The translations under genes and the position numbers were made by a program. Shown here in pieces: positions 25,186 through 34,328 of a stretch of 40,243 nucleotides of DNA. The stretch spans positions 1-40,243 of the forward strand of contig JAYTUL010000001.1 in assembly GCA_043744555.1 (NCBI GenBank), in the 5' to 3' direction. The notes beneath the pieces are model-generated. The model made no database searches, was not told the origin of the DNA, and saw only the letters and a list, made by a program, of their open reading frames with translations. How positions within the stretch are numbered: position 1 is the stretch's first letter; every line of letters starts with the position of its first letter. This DNA comes from a bacterium. GTDB taxonomy: Bacteria > Patescibacteriota > Minisyncoccia > Phycocordibacterales > UBA6899.

Positions 25186-26167
25186 TTCTAGAAAAAGATC
25201 ATATACTGCAGTTATTTTTGGGGTAGGTCGAATGGGTGCTGGTTTTGATGATCCTCGATCTAAACACATTCTTTCTCATGCTCACGCTCTTACAATGCAT
25301 TCGCGCTTCACACTTTCTGGTGTGACCGATATTGATCGTGCGCAGGGAGAAAAAGAAGCCCTGAGGTGGAAAACCGAGTTCTTCGCAGACGCAAGCGAGA
25401 TGTTGGAAAAAAATAAGCCTGATGTTGTCATTATTGCAACACCCTCTTATGCACATGCCGAACTCCTGCAAAAAGTTGCCACAACAAATCCCAAGCTCAT
25501 AATTTGTGAAAAGCCAGTAATTAGCAGTGCAGAAGAAGGAGTACAACTTCGTAAGTATTTTGCAAAAAAAAATACCCAGATCTTGATCAATTTTCCAAGG
25601 CGTTTTGATCCTGTGATACAAAAAGAGAGGGATCTGCTCATCAAGGGAAAATATGGTCGGGTCATTTCAGCGAATGCAATATACTCAAATGGGATCTTGA
25701 ATAATGGCTCGCACATCATGGACTTGGCAAGGTTTTTTTTCGGTGAAGTGGTTTCGCTAAAAGCACTTGACGGTGTTGCCGATCATGGAAACGATGATCC
25801 AAGTATTGCAGGTTACGCAACGTTTAAGCGATGTCCGCAGTTTTCTCTAATGACGGGTGATGAACGAGAATATTCAGTATCTGAGTTTGAGATATTTGCC
25901 GAACGTAAGCGTTTGCGGTTCACAGATTTTTTTCTCACGCTGAGAACCCAGAATATCATTGCTGATCCTGTTTTTAAGGGTTTTCGTGGATTGGGGCAGC
26001 AAAAAGAAATCAAGACACAATATTCAAACTCATTAATGAATATGCTCGACCATGCGGTATCCGTGATCGAGGGCAAAGAAACCCCCCGCTCCACACTTGA
26101 AGAAGGCATCAGGACACAAGAAGCATGCCTTACATTATTAAGATCATTTCGCAAAAGCCATGAGTAA
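25175..26167 (+). CDS. Gfo/Idh/MocA-family NAD(P)-dependent oxidoreductase (WbpB-like sugar dehydrogenase candidate)
   Basis: From the ATG at 25175 (the track start 25139 is a TTG): AVIFGVGRMG, DVVIIATPSYAHAELL, LIICEKP, INFPRRFDP. Confidence 0.85.
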   Translation: MNSNSRKRSYTAVIFGVGRMGAGFDDPRSKHILSHAHALTMHSRFTLSGVTDIDRAQGEKEALRWKTEFFADASEMLEKNKPDVVIIATPSYAHAELLQKVATTNPKLIICEKPVISSAEEGVQLRKYFAKKNTQILINFPRRFDPVIQKERDLLIKGKYGRVISANAIYSNGILNNGSHIMDLARFFFGEVVSLKALDGVADHGNDDPSIAGYATFKRCPQFSLMTGDEREYSVSEFEIFAERKRLRFTDFFLTLRTQNIIADPVFKGFRGLGQQKEIKTQYSNSLMNMLDHAVSVIEGKETPRSTLEEGIRTQEACLTLLRSFRKSHE

Positions 26168-27491
26168 ACTTGCAATAAACGGAGGTGAGCCGATACGAAG
26201 TAAAGAAAAACTTTTCCCAGCATATAATACGATCGGTAAAGAAGAAAAAGAAGCGGTTCTACGTGTCCTTGATTCCGGAGTCCTCTCGAAATATTTTGGA
26301 AGTTGGGATCCTAGTATGCCGGCAGAAAAGCAAGATTTCTACGGAGGACCTGAAGTGCGCAAGCTTGAGCAAGAATGGGCAAAAAAATTTGGTGTTAAAC
26401 ATGCTGTCGCGATGAACTCTGCAGCCTCAGGCCTTATCGCGGCGATCGGAGCGATCGGTATAGAACCGGGGGATGAGGTCATTGTCTCGCCGTATACCAT
26501 GGTCATTTCTGCGACTGCTCCCTTGTTTTATGGGGCAATACCAGTCTTTGCGGATGTGGAACCTGAATATTTTTGTTTGGACCCAAGATCGGTTGAAGCC
26601 AAGATTACACCTCGTACCAAAGCGATCATTGTGGTCGATATTTTAGGACAGCCGTACAATGCTGATGCGATCAATGCGATCGCAAAAAAGCACGGCATTG
26701 CGGTGATCGAAGATGCTGCTCAAGCACCAGGGGCGATGCATAAAGGACGTTACGCAGGAACTCTGGGGGACATAGGGGTCTATTCTCTCAATTACCATAA
26801 GCACATCCATTCAGGAGAGGGAACACTTGTGGTGACGAACGATGATCGACTGGCTGAACGTCTGCAACTTATTCGTAATCACGCCGAAGCCGTTGTTCCT
26901 GACAAGGGGATCACTGATCTCGTTAATATGGTCGGCTATAATTTTCGCCTCACGGAAATTCAGGCCGCCATCGCATGTGCACAGCTCGCAAAGCTTGATG
27001 ATCTCATTACTGAGAGACAGAAAAATTGCGCATACCTTGCAGAACGCTTAGGAAAGATCCCTGGAATTATACCAGTCGCTATCAGGGCTGAGAGCACACA
27101 TGCATACTATGTGCAGCCATTTTTGTTCGATGCCGATGTTATGGGTTGCAAGCGTGATAAGTTTATTGAGGCGATAAGGGCAGAGTTGCCGGCGACCTCC
27201 CTTCGTGAAAGCGACGGGCCTCTTATCGTGGGAGGTTACGCAAGACCACTTTACTTACTTCCAGTTTTTCAGCAACAGGTCGCTTTCGGCTCTAAGGGGT
27301 ACCCTTTCCGTTCAGAATTTTATAAAGGCAAAACTCAGTATGAAAAAGGCACCTGTCCTGTCGCGGAAAATCTTTATCAGGAAAAACTTTTTTATCATGA
27401 AATGATGCGCCCCGGCATGAGTAAGAGTGATCTTGATGATGTGGTGGCGGCATTTCAAAAAGTTTATGAGTATCGCGATGAACTTCGTTAG
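26160..27491 (+). CDS. DegT/StsC-family PLP-dependent aminotransferase (long form)
   Basis: LAINGGEPIR, AMNSAASGLIAAIGA, DILGQP, VYSLNYHKHIHSGEGTLVVTND (PLP lysine), GYNFRLTEIQAAIACAQL. Confidence 0.9.
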   Translation: MSKLAINGGEPIRSKEKLFPAYNTIGKEEKEAVLRVLDSGVLSKYFGSWDPSMPAEKQDFYGGPEVRKLEQEWAKKFGVKHAVAMNSAASGLIAAIGAIGIEPGDEVIVSPYTMVISATAPLFYGAIPVFADVEPEYFCLDPRSVEAKITPRTKAIIVVDILGQPYNADAINAIAKKHGIAVIEDAAQAPGAMHKGRYAGTLGDIGVYSLNYHKHIHSGEGTLVVTNDDRLAERLQLIRNHAEAVVPDKGITDLVNMVGYNFRLTEIQAAIACAQLAKLDDLITERQKNCAYLAERLGKIPGIIPVAIRAESTHAYYVQPFLFDADVMGCKRDKFIEAIRAELPATSLRESDGPLIVGGYARPLYLLPVFQQQVAFGSKGYPFRSEFYKGKTQYEKGTCPVAENLYQEKLFYHEMMRPGMSKSDLDDVVAAFQKVYEYRDELR

Positions 27492-27493
27492 TC

Positions 27494-28420
27494 ATGCGAG
27501 CGTCACAAAAAAAACAAAAACCCGAAGTGCTGGTAGTTGCCTATGAAGCCGGGGGGAGTGAGGTCATTGCTGCCTATATCAAAAAGCATAAAGATCAAAA
27601 AATATTCCATATTTATGCGGGTGGCCCTGCTGCGAGAATATTTCGGCGTGAACACTTACATCCTAAACGCATAGAAGACACGCAAGAGAGCGTCGTCGGG
27701 ATAGTAGAAAGACATCGTAACGTAGAGTTTGTGCTTACGGGTACAGGCGTGGAGACGAAAATTGAATTTCGTGCGATAAAAGAATCAAAACGTCGTGGAT
27801 TAAAGACGTTCGCTTATCTTGATTCGTGGGTAAATTATCGGGAACGTTTCCGTTATCCGCATAAAAAATGGAAAGAAGACCTTCCTGATGAATTATGGGT
27901 GGGAGATAAATATGCTCTTTTGCTTGCCCGACGCTTATTTCATAGCTCCATGCGAATTCGTTATGTGAAGAATGAGTATTTTGGCGGCATCGTCGAAAGA
28001 TTCAATAAAAGTGTATCTCAATTTGACACAGCAAAACAACTTTTGTTTTTAAGTCTGGGTCTGACTCCTGGCGTGCAAGAAATATTCGGTGAGCTATTAT
28101 ATCATTTGTCCCGCACAAAAAACCCGCCCACTGTACGTGTGCGTTTCCATCCCTTTGATCAAAGGGATCGTTACGACAAATTGATCAAGCAGTACCGTGG
28201 GAAAGTGCGGGTGATAAAATCTAAAGAAAAAGATATCGTTAGTGACCTACTCTATGCGAGAGTGGTCGTCGGCACTGAAACAGTAGCAATGGTCGCGGCG
28301 GTTCTGGCTGGAAGAAGAACTATCAGTATCAGAACCCCAGGGAAAAAACCCGAACTTCCATTTCCCAAGATCATTCATGTGCATTCTGCGAAAGAAGCGG
28401 TAAACTCAATCGAAACATGA
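27494..28420 (+). CDS. Hypothetical protein, possibly a GT-B/PseG-SpsG-like fold
   Basis: 308-aa ORF tightly packed in the operon. The C-terminal LLYARVVVGTETVAMVAAVLAGRRTISI resembles the GT-B C-terminal helix region. No catalytic motif recognised. Confidence 0.4.
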   Translation: MRASQKKQKPEVLVVAYEAGGSEVIAAYIKKHKDQKIFHIYAGGPAARIFRREHLHPKRIEDTQESVVGIVERHRNVEFVLTGTGVETKIEFRAIKESKRRGLKTFAYLDSWVNYRERFRYPHKKWKEDLPDELWVGDKYALLLARRLFHSSMRIRYVKNEYFGGIVERFNKSVSQFDTAKQLLFLSLGLTPGVQEIFGELLYHLSRTKNPPTVRVRFHPFDQRDRYDKLIKQYRGKVRVIKSKEKDIVSDLLYARVVVGTETVAMVAAVLAGRRTISIRTPGKKPELPFPKIIHVHSAKEAVNSIET

Positions 28421-29262
28421 AACAGATGAACATAAATGACCTACCGCTTTATTCTGCCTGGCCTGCTAGGCTATTGGGACTAACTCCATTTACCTTTAAG
28501 GAGCGCACGAGAACAAAAGTACTAAAAGAATATGATCAAGAAAAATTTAGTGCTTTACTGGAATATTTTCATTCCTCTTCTTCTAAGCTTAACGCGGAGA
28601 AAATGAGAGAATTTGAGTGGGGTGATCTCGGTGCCGAAACATGTTATTCACGCGGACAAAAGCTTTATGTTGATAGTGCAGGTAAAATACTTGAACTTGA
28701 AAGAAAACTTTTTATTAGCGCCTTTAAGGCTCTCATGCCGAGATGTGATACTGTCGTTGAGCTGGGTGCTGGATACGGCCACAATCTAGCACTATTAGAG
28801 CACGTATATCCCGATAAAGAATTCATTGGCGGTGAGTTTTCTCCCAATGGAGTGTCACTCGGACGGCAGATTTTAAGTCAGCGTAAAATTACAATGACAC
28901 AGTTCGACTATTTTGATTCAGAATGGCAGCTATTCAATAAATTAAGAGGCAAAAGAATTTTAGTTTTTACTTATCATAGTGTAGAAATGTTGAAAGAAGC
29001 TCGTTTATTTTTTGAAAAGCTTGAAGTCTACAAAAACGATATTGTTGATATTTTACTTTTTGAGCCCCTCTATGAGGTAGAAAACAGCAATACGATGCTT
29101 GGGTTATTGCGGAAGAAATATATAGATGCCAATGATTACAATAGAGATCTCGATAGTGTAATAAGTAAAACCTCGGGTCTAACTGTCATTGAGCATGAAG
29201 ATGACTATTTCGGCTCAAACCCGCTCTTTGCTCAGGCGAAACTTCATTTACGCTTTAGATAG
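28417..29262 (+). CDS. Class I SAM-dependent methyltransferase-like protein
   Basis: VVELGAGYGHNLALL (motif I) followed by FIGGEFSP, and later ILVFTYHSVE. ATGA overlap with the upstream gene. Confidence 0.6.
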   Translation: MKQMNINDLPLYSAWPARLLGLTPFTFKERTRTKVLKEYDQEKFSALLEYFHSSSSKLNAEKMREFEWGDLGAETCYSRGQKLYVDSAGKILELERKLFISAFKALMPRCDTVVELGAGYGHNLALLEHVYPDKEFIGGEFSPNGVSLGRQILSQRKITMTQFDYFDSEWQLFNKLRGKRILVFTYHSVEMLKEARLFFEKLEVYKNDIVDILLFEPLYEVENSNTMLGLLRKKYIDANDYNRDLDSVISKTSGLTVIEHEDDYFGSNPLFAQAKLHLRFR

Positions 29263-29274
29263 AATTTTAATTGC

Positions 29275-30339
29275 ATGAGACTTAAAGAATACGAAGGAAA
29301 AGAATTATTTCGAAAGCATGGCATCGCTACGCCAGTAAGTTTACTCATGAAAGAAAAGGATGTAACAATTCCCTCAACCTTCCCAGTCATGCTTAAATCT
29401 CAGGTGCTGGTAGGTGATCGAAAAAAGAAAGGCGGAATTCTGAAAGTAGTTACTAAGAATGAATTTTTGCATGTCATCCAGGAACTTTTTTCCCTCCCAA
29501 TTGATGGTGAATTACCTAATGTAATACTTGTTGAAGAGTTGGTTAACTATGTTGCAGAATATTATGTAAGTTTTTCGTATTCGAGTGAATTTCGTACTCC
29601 GGTATTGGTACTGAATACAGTTGGCGGAAGCGGTGTAGCCAGTGGCGTGATAATTCCTATAAATGTTTTGCTCGGATGCACAGAGGGATTTGCTAAAAAT
29701 GCGCTTCTTAGGGCTAATATAAAACCGACTGAAGCCATTATTCAGGTGGTCATGAATCTCTGGAGAGCATTTACTGAAGAACATCTCGTGCTTGCCGAGA
29801 TCAATCCACTTTTTGTTCTTAAAGATGAGAGTGTGGTTGCGGGCGATGCAAAGGTTATCCGTGATGATGCATTGCTTGAAAATGTACCTAAGCCATTTGT
29901 GAGTCTTGGCGGTGATATAGCAATTATCGCCTCTGGCGGCGGTGCGTCGATGTTAAATATCGACATCCTCATGCGTGCGGGGGGGAAACCTGCGAATTAT
30001 GTGGAATATTCAGGTAACCCGCCAGCTTCTGTTGTAGAAGAGCTCACAAAACGAGTACTTTCTCAGCCGGGGATTCGTGGGCTGTGGGTCGTGGGTGGTA
30101 CGGCAAATTTTACTGATATATATGAGACAATATCAGGATTTGTTTCGGGTTTGCGTAATCTGTCCAAGAAGCCCGAATACCCCATCGTAATAAGAAGGGA
30201 CGGACCACGACAAAAAGAGGCAAGGGCTATGCTTGAAGATGTTGCCCGAAACGAGGGATACAATATACATGTGTTTGGACCTGAAATATCGATGGCAGAA
30301 TCAGCTCGGATTTTAATAGACCTTATGAAACAAGCATGA
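29275..30339 (+). CDS. Succinyl-CoA synthetase beta / citryl-CoA synthetase / ACL-beta-like ATP-grasp subunit
   Basis: MRLKEYEGKELFRKHGI, KSQVLVGDRKKKGG, AEINPL, AGDAKV, IIASGGGASMLNIDIL..GGKPANYVEYSG, VVGGTANFTD. At 354 aa it is shorter than a typical SucC. Confidence 0.85.
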   Translation: MRLKEYEGKELFRKHGIATPVSLLMKEKDVTIPSTFPVMLKSQVLVGDRKKKGGILKVVTKNEFLHVIQELFSLPIDGELPNVILVEELVNYVAEYYVSFSYSSEFRTPVLVLNTVGGSGVASGVIIPINVLLGCTEGFAKNALLRANIKPTEAIIQVVMNLWRAFTEEHLVLAEINPLFVLKDESVVAGDAKVIRDDALLENVPKPFVSLGGDIAIIASGGGASMLNIDILMRAGGKPANYVEYSGNPPASVVEELTKRVLSQPGIRGLWVVGGTANFTDIYETISGFVSGLRNLSKKPEYPIVIRRDGPRQKEARAMLEDVARNEGYNIHVFGPEISMAESARILIDLMKQA

Positions 30340-31241
30340 GTATTCTTGTCGACAAAAATACCGTAGTGCTTGTGCAGGGTATTACCGGCAAAGAAGGTGC
30401 TCGCGCTGCAAAAGAAATGGCTTCGTATGGTACCCGCGTGTGTGCAGGCATAACCCCAGGTAAGGGGGGTCAGGTGACCCCTGAGGGTGTGCCTATCTTC
30501 AATACTGTCGCAGAAGCCATGATCCAGTTTCCAGAGATAAACACCTCGCTCATTGCAGTCCCCGGAAAGTTTGTAGGTGCTGCAGCGGAGGAGTCTATCA
30601 ACGCACAAATACCGCTTATAAACATTTTGAGCGAAAGAGTTCCAATGCTTCATGTCGCGCGCATCATTGCCCTCGCGCGCCAAAATTCAATTACTGTTGT
30701 CGGACCTTCGTCAGTAGGGATCATATCTCCAAGCAAGGGGAAGGTTGGAAGCATAGGCTCATCGGGGCTTGCCGAGAAGATTTTTGTTTTAGGACCAGTG
30801 GGGGTGATATCGAAGAGTGGTGGGATGACGGCTGAGATTTCACGAATTTTGACTGAAGGCGGTTTTGGGCAGAGCACGGCAATAGGCATAGGAGGAGACC
30901 CGCTTATTGGCTCTGATTTCTGTGATATCGCCATACTGCTTGAGGATGATGCAGAAACAAAGTTTATCGTAATATTTGGAGAAATAGGAGGTACTTATGA
31001 GGAGAAGCTCGCCGAGGCAATTGCATCAAAAAAGATCACAAAGCCTGTGGTCGCACTCATTGCTGGAATATTTGCTGAAACGCTTCCACTCGGAACAACA
31101 CTTGGTCATGCGGGTGCTATCGTAGAGGGAGGCAAGGGCAAAGCAAGTGCAAAAATTACAGCACTCAAGAATGCAGGAGCATATATCGCAGAGACTCCCG
31201 AAGAGATTGTTGTTATACTGAAAAAACTAGTGAGTAGTTAA
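30336..31241 (+). CDS. Succinyl-CoA synthetase alpha / citryl-CoA synthetase / ACL-alpha-like CoA-binding subunit
   Basis: Colinear with SucD as I remember it: MSILVDKNT..VQGITGKEG, GITPGKGG, GPSSVGIISP, ISKSGGMTAEI, GFGQSTAIGIGGDP, FGEIGG, and the phosphohistidine loop LGHAGAIVEGGKGKA. Confidence 0.9.
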   Translation: MSILVDKNTVVLVQGITGKEGARAAKEMASYGTRVCAGITPGKGGQVTPEGVPIFNTVAEAMIQFPEINTSLIAVPGKFVGAAAEESINAQIPLINILSERVPMLHVARIIALARQNSITVVGPSSVGIISPSKGKVGSIGSSGLAEKIFVLGPVGVISKSGGMTAEISRILTEGGFGQSTAIGIGGDPLIGSDFCDIAILLEDDAETKFIVIFGEIGGTYEEKLAEAIASKKITKPVVALIAGIFAETLPLGTTLGHAGAIVEGGKGKASAKITALKNAGAYIAETPEEIVVILKKLVSS

Positions 31242-31253
31242 AGTAAATCAAAA

Positions 31254-31967
31254 ATGAAATTCGACACAAAAATAAGCAAGACAGTGGAAGGCGAACATCA
31301 AATCTATGGTCACCCTATTTCTGAGCTGATGCAAAAGCACACCTTCACTGAAGCTGTTCATCTTTTATATACAGGAAAGTTACCTTCCGATGGTGAACGC
31401 ATGCTTCTAGACACAATGCTTGTTTCTGCGACAGAGCATGGAGTCGAAGCCCCATCGCTTTATGTTCCTCGAATTAGTGCTGCCTCAGGAAATTCTGTAC
31501 ACACTGCTATTGCTGCGGGGATCCTTGCAATAGGCGAGAATCATGGGGGAGCAGGAGAAGCAGCAGCACGCCTTTTTGCTCGACATGAAGATCCAGAATT
31601 TTTAGTAAGTGAATATCTAAAGGCCAAGAAGCATATGCCTGGGTTCGGGCATCGAGTTTACAAAGACGAAGACCCTCGTGCAACTATTGTTTACAACCAA
31701 GCAAAAGAAGCGGGTGTGTCACTCGCATCCTTTGAAAAGGCTTACGCCATAGAATCAGAGCTCGAAAAGCAAAAAGGGGAAAAACTCCCTTTAAATATTG
31801 ATGGGGCGTTCGCAGCGGGCGTACTTTCGCTTGGCATGGACGCTCGCGCAGGCAAAGCCCTTTTTGTGCTTGCTCGTGTATCAGGAATGGGAGCCCACGC
31901 GATAGAAGAATTGAATCAGGGAAACGGCTACCTAAGGCTTGCCTCAGAAGATAAAAAATTTAATTGA
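31254..31967 (+). CDS. Short citrate-synthase-like protein (citryl-CoA lyase / ACLY CSH-module-like)
   Basis: Only 237 aa. It keeps GFGHRVYKDEDPRA and LPLNIDGAFAAG, the motifs of the catalytic half of citrate synthase, and lacks the N-terminal ~150 aa of true citrate synthases. Confidence 0.75.
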   Translation: MKFDTKISKTVEGEHQIYGHPISELMQKHTFTEAVHLLYTGKLPSDGERMLLDTMLVSATEHGVEAPSLYVPRISAASGNSVHTAIAAGILAIGENHGGAGEAAARLFARHEDPEFLVSEYLKAKKHMPGFGHRVYKDEDPRATIVYNQAKEAGVSLASFEKAYAIESELEKQKGEKLPLNIDGAFAAGVLSLGMDARAGKALFVLARVSGMGAHAIEELNQGNGYLRLASEDKKFN

Positions 31968-32013
31968 ATGATCCGCTTGCTACCTAAACGCATCCTAGAG
32001 TATTATCATATTT

Positions 32014-32571
32014 ATGATTTTGAAGGAACCAATTAAAGGAAATAGATTATATTTGCGTTCAATGGACGAAAAGGATGCGTCGCCCGACTATGTCAGCTGG
32101 CTCAATGACACTGAAGTAAACAAATTTCTTGATACTAAAAGTTCAAGCATCGATGAGCAGGCAAGGTACATAAATATCAAAAATGCTCAGGCGGACTCAC
32201 TTTTACTTGGAATATTTACAAATGAAAACAAGAGACATGTTGGTACTATTAAACTCGAGCCAATAGATGTGCAAAACGGACAAGCAACTATTGCTGTAAT
32301 GTTGGGGGACAAATCGGCTTGGGGTAAGGGTCTTGGCGGAGAAGCAATGAGACTGTTGATTGACTACGGTAAAAAAAAATTATTTATAAAAAAAATAAAT
32401 TTAGGAGTAAGATCTGAAAATATCACAGCGATCAAATCTTATGAAAAGTTGGGCTTCATAGAAATTAAAAGGACCCCTCAATTAATGCCTCACGGATCAA
32501 ATTCGTATGAAAATGTGTTGATGGCCTTGGATGTTAGCAATAATTCTGAAATATATGAGACGATGCAGTAA
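32014..32571 (+). CDS. GNAT-family N-acyltransferase (RimJ/RimL-like)
   Basis: LYLRSMDEKDA..YVSWLND.EV..FL, IAVMLGDKSAWGKGLGGEAMRLLIDYG (acyl-CoA pyrophosphate loop), SENITAIKSYEKLGF. Confidence 0.8.
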   Translation: MILKEPIKGNRLYLRSMDEKDASPDYVSWLNDTEVNKFLDTKSSSIDEQARYINIKNAQADSLLLGIFTNENKRHVGTIKLEPIDVQNGQATIAVMLGDKSAWGKGLGGEAMRLLIDYGKKKLFIKKINLGVRSENITAIKSYEKLGFIEIKRTPQLMPHGSNSYENVLMALDVSNNSEIYETMQ

Positions 32572-33703
32572 ATGTGTAACACCTGAAACTCAGGATATGA
32601 TTAGTTTTGACAAGGATGGGGTGTGCGCAACATGTCGAAATGTTGAGTATAAGCAAGAAAAGATCGATTGGGTTGAACGAGAAAAGATGCTTGGGGAAAT
32701 TCTTGATAAACACCGCGGTAAAGGAGTTTACGACTGCATTATTCCATTCAGCGGAGGGAAAGACAGTACCTTTGCAGCTTATATCTTGGCTACAAAATAT
32801 AAACTCAAGCCCCTCATTGTAAACTTCGACCACGGCTTCTATCGTCCCAAAACACTTGCTAATGTTGAAAGGACTGTAAAAAAGCTGGGTATCGGGTATC
32901 TCAAGTTTAAGCCTGACTGGCAGGTTGTTAAAAAATTAATGCGCGTCTCACTTGAGCGAAAGGGTGACATCATGTGGCACTCGCATTGTGGAATTTTTGC
33001 TTACCCCATGCACATCGCTATAAAATTTAATATTCCACTTATAATTTGGGGTGAGCCAAACTCAGAGTACAGTAGTGTATATAGTTATGAAGATGATGAA
33101 CAAGTTGACGAGCAACGCTTTAATCGTCTTGTAAATTTGGGTATCAATGCTGAAGATATGCTCGGGATGCTTGATGGGTCAGTGACCGCAAATGATCTTT
33201 TTCCATACACCTACCCTAATGCAAAAGATCTTAAAGCGATCGGCTATCGCTCATTTTGCCTCGGGACATACATTCCATGGGATACAAGAAAGCAATCAGA
33301 GCTAATTCACGAGAAGATCGGTTGGGATGGAGATCATGTGGAAGGAATTCCGTTTGAGCGATATTGGTATGAAAAAGTCGAAGATGCATTCCAGGGTATC
33401 CAAGATTATCTGAAATGGGTCAAGCGAGGCTTTTCGCGCATGACACATTTGGCGTCCATCGACATTCGCAATGGTCGAATGACCAGAGAAGAGGGTCTTA
33501 AGTATGTTGAAAAGTATGAAGGTTACCGCCCAGCCAGTCTTGATGTCTTTCTTCAGGCCATGGATATGACAGAGGAGAAATTCAATGAGATCGCACTTCG
33601 CCATGTGGTCGCGCCTCATGTGCCGCCTGATCTAAGTAAAGTTCCGCGGGGACAAGAGCTCTGGGACCAACAATTATGGACGATTAATAACGATATTGAC
33701 TGA
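32555..33703 (+). CDS. N-acetyl sugar amidotransferase (WbpG/PseA/WbuX-like PP-loop enzyme)
   Basis: MRRCSKCVTPETQDMISFDKDGVCATC (zinc ribbon) and IIPFSGGKDSTFAAY (PP-loop SGGxDS). ATG at 32555 is preferred; 32531 is also an ATG. Confidence 0.85.
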   Translation: MRRCSKCVTPETQDMISFDKDGVCATCRNVEYKQEKIDWVEREKMLGEILDKHRGKGVYDCIIPFSGGKDSTFAAYILATKYKLKPLIVNFDHGFYRPKTLANVERTVKKLGIGYLKFKPDWQVVKKLMRVSLERKGDIMWHSHCGIFAYPMHIAIKFNIPLIIWGEPNSEYSSVYSYEDDEQVDEQRFNRLVNLGINAEDMLGMLDGSVTANDLFPYTYPNAKDLKAIGYRSFCLGTYIPWDTRKQSELIHEKIGWDGDHVEGIPFERYWYEKVEDAFQGIQDYLKWVKRGFSRMTHLASIDIRNGRMTREEGLKYVEKYEGYRPASLDVFLQAMDMTEEKFNEIALRHVVAPHVPPDLSKVPRGQELWDQQLWTINNDID

Positions 33704-33707
33704 AGTT

Positions 33708-34328
33708 ATGATAGTTGTGGTTGATTACGGACTTGGTAATTTATTTTCTGTCGCAAAGGCTTTTGAAATGATTGGAGCCGAGGTCAAGATCTCTGCTGAT
33801 CTCGAAGATATCAAGAGGGCCGAGCGACTCATCCTTCCCGGAATAGGTGCATTCGGCGACGGGATAGAAAATTTACGAAAAGGGGACATGATCCCCGTAC
33901 TATATGAGCAGGTAGTCATGAATAAAAAACCATTTTTAGGGATATGCTTGGGTATGCAGCTATTAGCTGACGTGGGATTTGAATATGGTAAATATGCCGG
34001 ATTGTCATGGGTCTCTGGAAAAGTAGAAAAACTTGAGGTCGGGTCCGATCTTAAAATCCCTCATGTCGGATGGAATGATGTCATTCTGCAAAAAGAAAGT
34101 CCATTATTTGAAGGAATCAAGAATGGATCGGATTTTTATTTTGTACATAGTTATCAACTGGTCTGTGATAACGCTTCGGATGTTTTGGCCAGTACTTTTT
34201 ATGGTGGGCAAATTACTGCCGCGGTACAGAAAGATAACATATTTGCAACTCAGTTTCATCCAGAAAAGAGCCAAGAAGTTGGGTTAAAATTGCTGGAGAA
34301 CTTCGTTAATTGGAAACCAGTATGTTAA
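33708..34328 (+). CDS. Glutamine amidotransferase, imidazole-glycerol-phosphate synthase HisH paralog (WbuY-like)
   Basis: From the ATG at 33708 (the track start 33696 is a TTG): MIVVVDYGLGNLFSV, LILPGIGAFG, GICLGMQLL (nucleophile Cys), HSY, FHPEKS. Confidence 0.9.
   Translation: MIVVVDYGLGNLFSVAKAFEMIGAEVKISADLEDIKRAERLILPGIGAFGDGIENLRKGDMIPVLYEQVVMNKKPFLGICLGMQLLADVGFEYGKYAGLSWVSGKVEKLEVGSDLKIPHVGWNDVILQKESPLFEGIKNGSDFYFVHSYQLVCDNASDVLASTFYGGQITAAVQKDNIFATQFHPEKSQEVGLKLLENFVNWKPVC

Noticed and set aside
24427-28420. Calling this block a nonulosonic-acid (pseudaminic/legionaminic/sialic) pathway
   Set aside because: The SpsF-like cytidylyltransferase, the aminotransferases and a possible PseG-like protein fit that idea. 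However, no NeuB/PseI/LegI-type condensing synthase is present in the window, so the claim is not supported here.
30063-30683. Long antisense ORFs as real genes: 206 aa here, plus 3064-3564 (+), 3978-4388 (-), 17480-17980 (+), 25813-26223 (-) and 5303-5668 (-)
   Set aside because: Each lies entirely opposite a gene with strong family motifs. Their translations are compositionally odd (Ser/Arg/Cys-rich) and carry no recognisable motifs. They are shadow ORFs.
32371-32395. A8-A9 tracts as phase-variation switches: 32371-32379 and 32388-32395 in the GNAT gene, with similar runs near 22488, 25564, 38993 and 40168
   Set aside because: They encode Lys runs (or Phe runs on the opposite strand) in AT-rich genes and all are in frame. 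Poly-A runs of this length are common in such genomes, and the sequence gives no evidence of slippage.
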